From: Chromera velia
Taxonomy: Eukaryota
Assembly (NCBI GenBank): GCA_018398765.1
Contig: JAHBMJ010000017.1
Span: forward strand, 1 to 59,356
Direction of reading: 5' to 3'
Length of the DNA stretch: 59,356 bases
The stretch's first letter is position 1, and every line of letters starts with the position of its first letter. The notes under the pieces were generated by a model that saw only the letters and a list, made by a program, of their open reading frames with translations, did no database searches and was not told the DNA's origin. Position numbers and translations under genes: made by a program. Shown here piece after piece: positions 1-10,203 of this stretch.

Positions 1-10
1 GTTCAAACAA

Positions 11-1157
11 TCAACTTGCGTACTTGTACAGTAGACAAGTGACGGCCTTTCTCCTTTCGAATGGCTTCGATGTATAAAGGAACTTTCTGTGCCATTGTTT
101 TAACCATGCTAGGGCCTTTTCCACCAGGTTTGAAGACGTTAAACTTAGTACTTCTCGTGTACGTTTAGCAATGCCTCCCACAGGGCATCTTTGCTTGAAT
201 ATTCTTTCATCCCCCCTTGGTACACTTCGGTGTTTAGCAGCCCCCAGTATTTCTCAATCATATTTGCCAGCCAGAGCTTTGGTGGAAGAGAATGGAGTTT
301 GATCTCTTTTTAGCCGTAAAAGTCCGTACCCAAAGTGTTGTGTGACTACTGTCTAAATTATGAAGAACGTTCTTTGTAGTAAGGTGAGCACATGGCATGT
401 GCTCTACCATAGCAGGCAGTAGATACTCCTAAAAGAAGGTCAAGTTCCGATCACCATTCAACCGGCCCTCGAACTTGTATAGTTTTGTTTCCTCCCACTT
501 AGAGATGGCAGCACAGATTGTGAAACGTGTATCTGGGGTGTTCGTTTTCTTGTGATGTTTGTAGAGTTTCTCCATATGGTATGCAGGAGCGCCTGTAGGG
601 TATTTTACCTTTAAGTAGTAAACAACTTGGGTCGGAAAAGCCCCCTTCTGACAGAAGAAGGTTTCATCAATGAACCAACAGGAGAGGAAATAGTTGAACA
701 ACGCTTCTGTCTCCGCCCCTCCAAACTCATTTTGAATATCGGTGATCCATTTCACTTGGCCTTCCATCTGTTTCGGTTTCAAGAGAGGCTGTGTGTTTGT
801 CTTTGTCTTCCCAACCGTCTCTTTATTCTTCTTCAACAGAGTACGGATCTGTTTCACTGTGATTTTGATGTTTTTTTGTTCCCACCACAGACTGATTTGG
901 CTTTTCTGGACAAGACCGACTGCATCAGACTCCATCCATTCCAGAAACGCCTTCACAAGATCCTCTGGCAGTGTTGAAGGCTTGCCTGGGTTATCCTGTC
1001 TTCGATCATGATCATCATCAGACCCATGGTTGTACCTCCACTGACAAGTACTCTTTGGCCATTCAAGCAACCAAGCAATGTCATCATAGCTCCACTTTTT
1101 CACATCTCTTAATTTTTGAATCAACTTGGTTCCATTGACAGCTCGATACTCAGTCAT
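11..1157 (-). pseudogene. Tc1/mariner (IS630-like) DD34E transposase, copy 1
   Basis: HTH-like N-terminus (WSYDDIAWLLEWPKSTCQW), WFIDETFF (D1) and LPPKLWLANxIEKYW (E). Premature TAG at 429-431 and frameshifts. Confidence 0.88.
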
Positions 1158-1648
1158 ACCGATGAAGCATCTTGGTTTTAACTTTGATTTGCAATGCTTA
1201 CTTTCTCTCACCCCAACCTCTCTTATAAGAAATTAATCAAACAACAGTTAATACATACGTTTTGAAAAAATTAACTTTTAAGGTTTAGGGTTACTAAAGC
1301 CCCTGCCCTTGAATTTTGTATGCACGATTTGACTGTAGCTCTGTATTGATCCATTTTTTTATTATTTTTTTTTTTGAAAAAAAAAATGGTCGCTTCAAGG
1401 TGGATCCCTATTGATTTTGCCCTATAGGGGTATTGTCACATGCGCGGTGCACGCGAAAACGATGCAAAAACAAAGCGTAATTTATGGTCTAATAACCTAG
1501 CCGTGCGCGGCCCAAGCCGTCTCCGTGGCCACTATGAAGGGGGGCGTCTCACGACTTTTTTTTTTTCCTTCGAAAAACCGAATTACCGGCAGAGGGGCAT
1601 CTTTTTGCCGCGCCTACCCCTGGTCCCTGCTACTATAGAATAAAGAAA

Positions 1649-2113
1649 ATGGTGCCTCGCCCGCCTCAATCACTCGCTATTTTCACTTCAGCCGTTCATT
1701 GTAAACAGCTGTTCCAGCAAAGGATCAGACCTCTTATTATTCAAAAAAATTGGAAGTATGTGCACGGCTAGACCATCAAGCAGGCTAACAAAGCAATCAA
1801 AACAGAAATTCAAACTATTTTTGGAAATTGTTGTGAGCGTTGTGGTGTTTCTGGCCTTCCTAATCTTCCTGGTGGGTGCAGTCCGTATGATATGCATCAC
1901 AACAACTATTGTCTGGGCACCTACCGGAAGTTCTCCCTCGGGAAGATCACAGTGAAAAAAATTGGGCACGGAAATGAAGACCAGTGGATCGATACTCTTT
2001 TTGACACCAATCACCCATATGATGTTGAATTGATCTGTCAATATTGCCATCATGTGCACAAGCACGATGCCTACCGATATGTACTTGCACAGCCTGCTTG
2101 GTACAAAGCCTAA
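1649..2113 (+). pseudogene. Zn-finger HNH endonuclease-like ORF, copy 1 (154-codon consensus)
   Basis: MVPRPPQ...CCERCG...YDMHH...ELICQYCHHVHK gives a CxxC / DxHH / LCxxCH pattern of HNH (McrA-like) nucleases. Single TGG>TAG at 1769. Confidence 0.75.
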
Positions 2114-2357
2114 CTTCAAAATTTTATCATCAAAATTTTATGTATTTTGACCGTACAAAATTCAAGGGCAGGGGCTTTAGTAAACCTAAACTCTAAAAGT
2201 AAATTATTTATTGATACAGAGCAGATGAGACAAAAATAATACTATAGGAAGACTTAGGGCTATAATATCTATAATTTTATAAATTATTTCAAAAAGCGAT
2301 AATTTTTTAAAAAATAACCTAAAATTAGCCTTATATAATGCTTAAGTGTTCAAACAA

Positions 2358-3363
2358 TCAACTTGCGTGCTTGTACAGTAGACAAGTGACGGCCTTTCTC
2401 CTTTCAAATGGCTTTGATATATAAAGGAACTTTCTGTGCCATTGCTTTAACCATGCTAGGGCCTTTTCCACCAGGCTTGAAGACGAGCTTCAGTGGAAGA
2501 GAATGGAGTTTAATCTTCTTTTCAGCACCTAAAGTGTTGTGTGACTACTGTCTAAATCATGAAGAACGTTCTTTGTAGTAAGGTGAGCACATGGCATGTG
2601 CTCTACCATAGCAGGCAGTAAATACTCCTGAAAGAAGGTCAAGTACCGATCATCATTCAACCGGCTCTCGAACTTGTATAGTTTTGTTGCCTCCCACTTG
2701 GAGATGGCAGCACAAATTGTGAAACCTATATCTGGGGTGTTCGTTTTCTTGTGATGTTTGTAGAGTTTCTCCATATGGTATGCAGGAGCGCCTGTAGGGT
2801 ACTTCGTACTTCACCTTTGAGTAGTAAACAACTTAAGTCGGAAAAGCCCCTTTCTGACAGAAGAAGGTTTCGTCAATGAACCAACAGGAGAGGAAATAGT
2901 TGAACAACGCTTCTGTCTCCGCCCCTCCAAACTCATTTTGAATATCAGTGATCCATTTCACTTAGCTTTCCATCTGTTCTGGTTTTAAGAGAGGCTGTGT
3001 GTTTGTCTTTGTCTTCCCAACCGTCTCTTTATTCTTCTTTAACAGAGTACGGATCTGCTTCACTGTGATTTTGATGTTTTTGTGCTCCCACCACAGACTG
3101 ATTTAGCTTTTCTAGACAAGACTGACTGCATTAGACTCCATCTATTCCAGAAACGCCTTCACAAGATCCTCTGGCAGTGTTGAAGGCTTACCTGGGTTAT
3201 CCTGTCTTCGATCATGATCATCATCAGACCCATGGTTGTACCTCCACTGACAAGTACTCTTTAGCCATTCAAGCAACCAAGCAATGTCATCATAGCTCCA
3301 CTTTTTCACATCTCTTAATTTTTGAATCAACTTGGTTCCATTGACAGCTCGATACTCAGTCAT
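2358..3363 (-). pseudogene. Tc1 DD34E transposase, copy 2 (internally deleted, several stops)
   Basis: Colinear with copies 1 and 3. ORF fragments at 3142-3417 and 2529-2774 (VLHDLDSSH, D2). Confidence 0.88.
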
Positions 3364-3857
3364 ACCGATGAAGCATCTTGGTTTTAACTTTGATTTGCAA
3401 TGCTTACTTTCTCTCACCTCGACCTCTCTTATAAGAAATTAATCAAACAACAGTTAACACATACGTTTTAAAAAAATTGACTTTTAAGGTTTAGGGTTAC
3501 CAAAGCCCTTGCCCTTGAATTTTGTATGCACGATTTGACTGTAGCTCTGTATTGATCCATTTTTTTTTAATTTTTTTTCTTTTGAAAAAAAAAAAAATGG
3601 TCGCTTCAAGGTGGATCCCTATTGATTTTGCCTTATAGGGGTATTGTCACACGTGCGGTGCACGCGAAAACGACGCAAAAAAAAAACGTAATTTATGGTC
3701 TAATAACTTAGCCGTACGCACCCCAAGCCGTCTCCGCGGCCACTATGAAGGGGGGTGTCTCACGACTTTTTTTTTCCTTCGAAAAACCAAATTACCGGCA
3801 GGGGGGCATCTTTTTGCCGCGCCTACCCCTGGTCCCTGCCGCTATAGAATAAAGAAA

Positions 3858-4322
3858 ATGGTGCCTCGCCCGCCTCAATCACTCGCTATTTTCACTTCAG
3901 CCATTCATTGTAAACAGCTGTTCCAGTAAAGGATCAGACCTCTTATTATTTAAAAAAATTGGAAGTATGTGCACGGCTGGACCATCAAGCAGGCAAACAA
4001 AGCAATCAAAACAGAAATTCGAACTATTTTTGGAAATTGTTGTGAGCGTTGTGGTGTTTCTGGCCTTCCCAATCTTCCTGGTGGGCGCAAGCTGTATGAT
4101 ATGCATCACAACAACTATCGTCTGGGCACCCACTGGAAGTTCTCCCTCGGGAAGATCACAGTGAAAAAAATTGGGCACAGAAATGAAGACCAGTGGATCG
4201 ATACTATTTTTGACACCAATCACCCAGATGATGTTGAATTGATCTGTTAGTATTGCCATCATGTGTACAAGCACGATGCCTACCGACATGCACTTGCACA
4301 GCCTGCTTGGTACAAAGCCTAA
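3858..4322 (+). pseudogene. HNH endonuclease-like ORF, copy 2
   Basis: Same frame and motifs as copy 1. CAA>TAA at 3927, a second CAA>TAA shortly after, and CAG>TAG at 4248. Confidence 0.75.
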
Positions 4323-4566
4323 CTTCAAAATTTTATTATCAAAATTTTATGCATTTTGACCGTACAAAATTCAAGGGCAGGGGCTTTGGTAAACCTAAAC
4401 TCTAAAAGTAAATTATTTATTGATAGAGAGTAGATGAGACAAAAATAATACTATAGGAAGACTTAGGGCTGTAATATCTGTAATTTTATAAATTATTTCA
4501 AAAAGCGATAATTTTTTAAAAAATAACCTAAAATTAGCCTTATATAATGCTTAAGTGTTCAAACAA

Positions 4567-5717
4567 TCAACTTGCGTGCTTGTACAGTAGACAAGTGACG
4601 GCCTTTCTCCTTTCGAATGGCTTCGATATATAAAGGAACTTTCTGTGCCATTGCTTTAACCATGCTAGGGCCTTTTCCACCAGGCTTGAAGACGTTAAAC
4701 TTAGTACTTCTCGTGTGCGTTTAGCAATGCCTCCCACAGGGCATCCTTGCTTAGATATTCTAGCTTTCATCCCCCCTTGATACACTTCGGTGTTCAGCAG
4801 CCCCCAGTATTTCTCAATCACATTTGCCAGCCAGAGCTTTGGTGGAAGAGAACGGAGTTTGATCTCTTTTTAGCCGTAAAAGTCTGTACCCAAAGTGTTG
4901 TGTGACTACTGTCTAAATCATGAAGAACGTTCTTCGTAGTAAGGTGAGCACATGGCATGTGCTCTACCATAGCAGGCAGTAGATACTCCTGAAAGAAGGT
5001 CAAGTACCGATCACCATTCAACCGGCTCTCGAACTTGTATAGTTTTGTTATCCCCCACTTGGAGATAGCAGCACAGATTGTGAAACCTGTATCTGGGGTG
5101 TTCGTTTTCTTGTGATGTTTGTAGAGTTTCTCCATATGGTATGCAGGAGCGCCTGTAGGGTACTTCACCTTTGAGTAGTAAACAACTTGGGTCGGAAAAA
5201 CCCCCTTCTGACAGAAGAAGGTTTCGTCAATAAACCAACAAGAGAAGAAATAGTTGAACAACGCTTCTGTCTCCGCCCTTCCAAACTCATTTTGAATATC
5301 AGTGATCCATTTTACTTGGCCTTCCATCTGTTTCGGTTTCAAGAGAGGCTGTGTGTTTGTCTTTATCTTCCCAACCGTCTCTTTATTCTTCTTCAACAGA
5401 GTACAGATCTGCTTCACTGTGATTTTGATGTTTTTTTGCTCCCACCACAGACTGATTTGGCTTTTCTGGACAAGACTGACTGCATCAGACTGCATCCATT
5501 CCAGAAACGCCTTCACAAGATCCTCTGGCAGTGTTGAAGGCTTGCCTGGGTTGTCCTGTCTTCGATCATGATCATCATCAGACCCATGGTTGTACCTCCA
5601 CTGACAAGTACTCTTTGGCCATTCAAGCAACCAAGCAATGTCATCATAGCTCCATTTTTTCACATCTTTTAATTTCTGAATCAACTTGGTTCTATTAACA
5701 GCTCGATACTGAGTTAT
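4567..5717 (-). pseudogene. Tc1 DD34E transposase, copy 3 (most complete; one frameshift near 4865, start ATG>ATA)
   Basis: ORF 4818-5771 carries FIDET and LHDLDSSH. ORF 4567-4821 carries IEKYWGLL. Repairing a 1-nt deletion with copy 2 gives exactly 34 residues between D2 and E. Confidence 0.9.
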
Positions 5718-6224
5718 ACCGATGAAGCGTCTTGATTTTAACTTTGATTTGCAATGCTTACTTTCTCTCACCTCGACCTCTCTTATAAGAAATTAATCAA
5801 ACAACAGTTAACACATACGTTTTAATAAAATTAACTTTTAAGGTTTAGGGTTACCAAAGCCCCTGCCCTTGAATTTTGTATGCACGATTTGACTGTAGGT
5901 CTGTATTGATCCATTTTTTTTTTTTATTTTTTTTTTTTATTTTATTTTTTTGAAAAAAAAAAAATGGTCGCTTCAAGGTGGATCCCTATTGATTTTGCCT
6001 TATAGGGGTATTGTCACATGCGCGGTGCACGCGAAAACGACGCAAAAAAAAGCGTAATTTATGCTCTAATAACCTAGCCGTGCGCAGCCCAAGCCGTCTC
6101 CGCGGCCACTATGAAGGGGGGTGTCTCACGATTTTTTTTTTTCCTTCGAAAAACCGAATTACCGGCAGGAGGGCATCTTTTTACCGCGCCTACCCCTGGT
6201 CCCTGCCGCTATAGAATAAAGAAA

Positions 6225-6689
6225 ATGGTGCCTCGCCCGCCTCAATCACTCGCTATTTTCACTTCAGCCATTCATTGTAAACAGCTGTTCCAGTAAAGGA
6301 TCAGACCTCTTATTATTCAAAAAAATTGGAAGTATGTGCATGGCTGGACTATCAAGCAGGCTAACAAAGCAATCAAAACAGAAATTCAAACTATTTTTGG
6401 AAATTGTTGTGAGCGTTGTGGTGTTTCTGACCTTCCCAATCTTCCTGGTGGGCGCAACCCATATGATATGCATCACAACAACTATCGTCTGGGTATCCAC
6501 CGGGAGTTCTCCCTCAGGAAGATCACAGTGAAAAAAATTAGGCACGGAAATGAAGACCAGTGGATCAATACTGTTTTTGACACCAATCACCCAGATGATG
6601 TTGAATTGTTCTGTCAGTATTGCCATCATATGCATAAGTATGATGCCTACCGACATGCATCCGCACAGCCTGCTTGGTACAAAGCCTAA
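6225..6689 (+). pseudogene. HNH endonuclease-like ORF, copy 3
   Basis: Same motifs (ORF 6336-6689). Only CAA>TAA at 6294 interrupts it. Confidence 0.75.
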
Positions 6690-7209
6690 CTTCAAAATTT
6701 TATTATCAAAATTTTATGCATTTTGACCGTACAAAATTCAAGGGCAGGGGCTTATATACATACAAAGCCCACAACGCCCCTTCATTGGGTGTTGTGATAG
6801 CAATTCTAGACCCCTATCTCCTTGTTTCTTCGTTTGTTTCCCGACCTTTTCAGTTAGTAAGTTGAGACAGACGAAAACAAACATTCATAAAGAAGAGCAG
6901 ACTGAGGCTGCAGCTTGGAAGAAAGAATGAAACCAGAGGAGGACTTACGGTACGCCCAGTTCATCGATCTATCCATATCTGTCCATTACATAATCCATTA
7001 TTTCACTAACTGAGTCAATGAATGTCAGAGACTCAATTACCGACTATGACTGACCGACTGACTAAAAATAGAGACAGTCAATGAATGAATGAATGAATGA
7101 ATGAATGAATGAAAAGAAAGTGGTATGTCAGGAAAACTTTGAAACAGTATTAAGCAAAAACAGAGTGGACTCCCAAGTAGGACTTAGTAGAATTCAAAGT
7201 GACTTTTAA

Positions 7210-7240
<31 letters not shown>

Positions 7241-7266
7241 CATTGATTGATTGATGCCAAACCCTA

Positions 7267-7643
7267 CCGGTTGTCCAGTAATTGTAGCTACAAAAAATAA
7301 ACAAAAAATCATGTGAGTCAGATACAAAGACTCAAAAGAAACCATGTTATTCAACTTATAGCCGGGAGTCCCAGGTCCTAGAAATCTGGCTTAGATGGTC
7401 ATCAAACCTTCTAGGAAGCGAAAAAAAAAATCTAAAAAAAATGAGGTCTCCAAATAAAAAATGTGAATTTTTCACAACAGGTTCAAAAATGTTGCTTAAG
7501 CCACCCTAGTTGTACGAAGCTTTTTTTACTTTCATTCAATGCCATATGGTGGGAGATTTACTACAAAAAAAATCAGCTTCTGGTGTGGCCTATTTCTTAA
7601 GCTATGATAAATCTAGTATTTGAAAGAATTACTGGACAACCGG
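7267..7643. repeat. 377-bp MITE-like module, left copy (17-bp TIRs)
   Basis: Starts ccggttgtccagtaatt and ends aattactggacaaccgg. Direct repeat of 9438-9814 with two G/A differences seen. Confidence 0.92.
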
Positions 7644-7813
7644 AATAGCTGATGCCGAGTGGGCCCAGTGGGCGGGCCCCCAAGGCCGGGCCCGCAAAGC
7701 CGCACTCTGTACGCCTTTGCATGCTTTTTCCTCACTGAAGTTGCAACTGTGAAGTCGTTTCTTCTGCTATTTGATTCAAGTAGATCTGAAAGCATGGAGG
7801 CTTTCAGTAAAAG

Positions 7814-8748
7814 ATGAAGAGGAAAGCGTGGAGGTATAAGCTTCGTTTCCACACCAAACAGTTCAAAACAGTGCGCATCTACTGGGGGTACGTCCAGTAT
7901 GAGTACAGGTCAGAAAGACGTGTGTCCCAAGTTGATGCACGTTTCTTTCAACACAAAGCATTCGAAAATCCCCATTCTGCAGCGTGGTGTCTGGCTGGTG
8001 AGCCAGATTCCTTTGTGTTGGTAGAGTATTGTGAAGTTTCTGTTGGGAAGGAAGGCCTGTTTCTGGAACTTCACGCTGTAGTTGCAGAGTAGACTCCAGA
8101 AGGTTGGTTTTTCTTGAGAGGAGCATTTGCTGTACAGATCGATTTGGATTCTTCTGTGAAGCTGGAGTTTCTTGCTCTTCGACGGCGCTTTGAGAAAGGA
8201 GAGTTGACGTGGGAGTGGGCAGCACAACTGACAAAGAGGGACGTTGAATACAAGCACACCTACAGGCATATCAACTCTCTGTGCTTTCGGTGTGGTGACG
8301 GTGGGCACTTAGCAAAAGACTGCCCCTCCCAACTAGCCTCTTCTCTGTCTACAGCAGGGAAGAAAACTGTTTTCAGCAACGCTGTTTTTCCCTCTGTTCC
8401 TCTGTTTGGCTCTTCTGTGGGGTTTTATGATACAGAAAAGGTGGGGGTATACTTTCATCGGGGGAGCACTTCAGCAGGACATTCTGTAGAGCCTCATTNN
8501 NNNNNNNNNNNNNGTTCTTTCGGGGAGAAGAAGGCCAGCAATCGTTTTTCTTGACGGAGAGGGGAGAGGGAGTTTGGAAGCTGCGGTGGGTTTTCAGAGG
8601 AAAAGCCATCCAAGACTTTGATTTCAAGGCGGAGGGGGGAAAAGACGCAGCAAGTTTGGTACTTGAGTACGTGCACTGGGTGTTGGCAGACGAAATCAAG
8701 AACAACGTAGAGCAGCGTGTGTGCAAGCGTCCACGCACAGGAACGTGA
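7814..8748 (+). pseudogene. GIY-YIG-like endonuclease fused to a CCHC zinc knuckle
   Basis: ORFs 7814-8092 and 8114-8554 are in frame across one TAG (8090). Motifs WRY..(YWG), ARFFQH, SAAW, LE, LRGA, then CFRCGDGGHLAKDC. The N gap at 8499-8513 makes the C-terminal frame uncertain. Confidence 0.62.
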
Positions 8749-9253
8749 TGGCACGAGCAGTGAGGCGTGCTCTGCCTGCTCGCCGATGTGGGCGTTCTAG
8801 GGGGAAGGCAGGGAGAAGGGGAAAGCCGCGTCGGATTACAAGGGTCCCGAGGTGGCGAAGTGGTTGAAGCAGAAAGTTGCGCCTACCCTAAAAGCAGCGA
8901 AGGTTGGGCGCACATACACTTTCCGCACTGATAGAGATCCCTGTCTGACTGGGGCTGTGGGAAAGGAAGCTTTAAAAGCGCTGCCATGTCCTCATGAGCT
9001 TGCTGAAGCTCATATGCAGGCAGCAATGCCTCACGATTTTTCGATCTGGCATAAGGTCTAGTCAACAATTGTGGAGGAAGAAGCAGACTGGCCTCTTTCC
9101 CAGCGCACAAAGAGCCGGGCCTCTTACAAGGCGCGGGTGGGAAGAATTGTCGGAAATCTAGATGGAGACTACATTGAGAAAGTCTGTGCGTCTGTATACA
9201 ATCGAGCGCAGGCTATTGTGGAGGCAAAGGGGTACCGACACAAAGCAGACTGA
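8748..9253 (+). pseudogene. C-terminal half of a mariner-type DD34D transposase (N-terminal part deleted)
   Basis: FRTDRDPC...34 aa...AMPHDFSIW, and C-terminus IEKVCASVYNRAQAIVEAKGYRH typical of Tc1/mariner. In-frame TAG at 9059. Confidence 0.78.
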
Positions 9254-9437
9254 CTTTATAGAATAAAAGTGTGAATTTTCATCATTTTTTTTTTATAAGT
9301 ATAAAAGTTTCACACCGACATTTCTGTTCATCCTTTTCATAAAATAATATTCAGATATGTAACTATTTGTACAAAAAGTTTGAAGGCTGTGTACACTGTA
9401 GATTTAGAGTAATAAAAAAAAATTCATTCAGTCTATA

Positions 9438-9814
9438 CCGGTTGTCCAGTAATTGTAGCTACAAAAAATAAACAAAAAATCATGTGAGTCAGATACAAAA
9501 ACTCAAAAGAAACCATGTTATTCAACTTATAGCCGGGAGTCCCAGGTCCTAGAAATCTGGCTTAGATGGTCATCAAACCTTCTAGGAAGCGAAAAAAAAA
9601 ATCTAAAAAAAATGAGGTCTCCAAATAAAAAATGTGAATTTTTCACAACAGGTTCAAAAATGTTGCTTAAGCCACCCTAGTTGTACGAAGCTTTTTTTAC
9701 TTTCATTCAATGCCATATGGTGGAAGATTTACTACAAAAAAAATCAGCTTCTGGTGTGGCCTATTTCTTAAGCTATGATAAATCTAGTATTTGAAAGAAT
9801 TACTGGACAACCGG
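9438..9814. repeat. 377-bp MITE-like module, right copy
   Basis: Same sequence and orientation as 7267-7643; flanked by TA on both sides. Confidence 0.92.
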
Positions 9815-10203
9815 TAGGTGGAGTTAGAACTCCTGGGTGGCGCATACATGCATGGGTTTGTTCAATTATGCCAGCTGCACGCTAAGTGGACGACAGTTAT
9901 TCGAACTTAATCTAATCAATCATTTACTACAATATGACAAGAAATCATAAAGAGGAGAGAGGGTTAAGAGCATAAGAGCGATGTGATGAACTTGCGAACC
10001 CTCAGATTAGAAAAGGAGACGGATGCAAAGGGTGAGTCACAAGTGAAGCGGTCTAATTGAATTAATGCTAACCACTACAAAAAGCCTTGTTCGGCAGTCC
10101 ATCGGGGGCAGACAGAGAGCCGATGAATAAAATCATCTACACACCGGCAGCAGGCTTCATAGGTGTACAGCTTTCTATTAGAGCAACCAACAGGCAGCCC
10201 ACC

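Larger units (their letters stand above)
1..6753. mobile_element. Head-to-tail array of about 3 units (Tc1-type transposase + HNH nuclease ORF); continues off the left edge
   Basis: gttcaaacaatcaacttgcg recurs at 1, 2348 and 4557 (periods 2347 and 2209; copy 2 has internal deletions). Inverted repeats aaagcccctgcccttgaattttgta / tacaaaattcaagggcaggggcttt bracket each module. The array stops at 6753. Confidence 0.9.
7267..9814 (+). mobile_element. Mariner-like (DD34D) element with 377-bp direct terminal modules and GIY-YIG cargo; TA target-site duplication
   Basis: TA|ccggttgtccagtaatt ... aattactggacaaccgg|TA. The flanks rejoin into a continuous LINE 3' sequence homologous to about 26255-26310. 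Confidence 0.88.

Noticed and set aside
1281..1293. Telomere-like TTTAGGG in the Tc1 TIR and taaccct motifs at about 28565 and 29596
   Set aside because: Only one or two units each; not distinguishable from chance or retroelement tails.
1688..2119. 143-aa minus-strand ORF open in all three array copies
   Set aside because: It is the antisense shadow of the HNH ORF, starts at a non-ATG codon and has no motifs. Its persistence in all three copies is noted but not enough to call.
1..9814. Fanzor/TnpB (RuvC) or IscB gene associated with the Tc1/mariner elements
   Set aside because: No RuvC motifs or ORF of suitable length; the cargo motifs fit stand-alone HNH and GIY-YIG instead.
7267..9814. 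LTR retrotransposon (direct repeats plus zinc knuckle)
   Set aside because: The repeats end CCGG rather than TG..CA, the TSD is TA, there is no PBS/RT/integrase, and a DD34D transposase is present.
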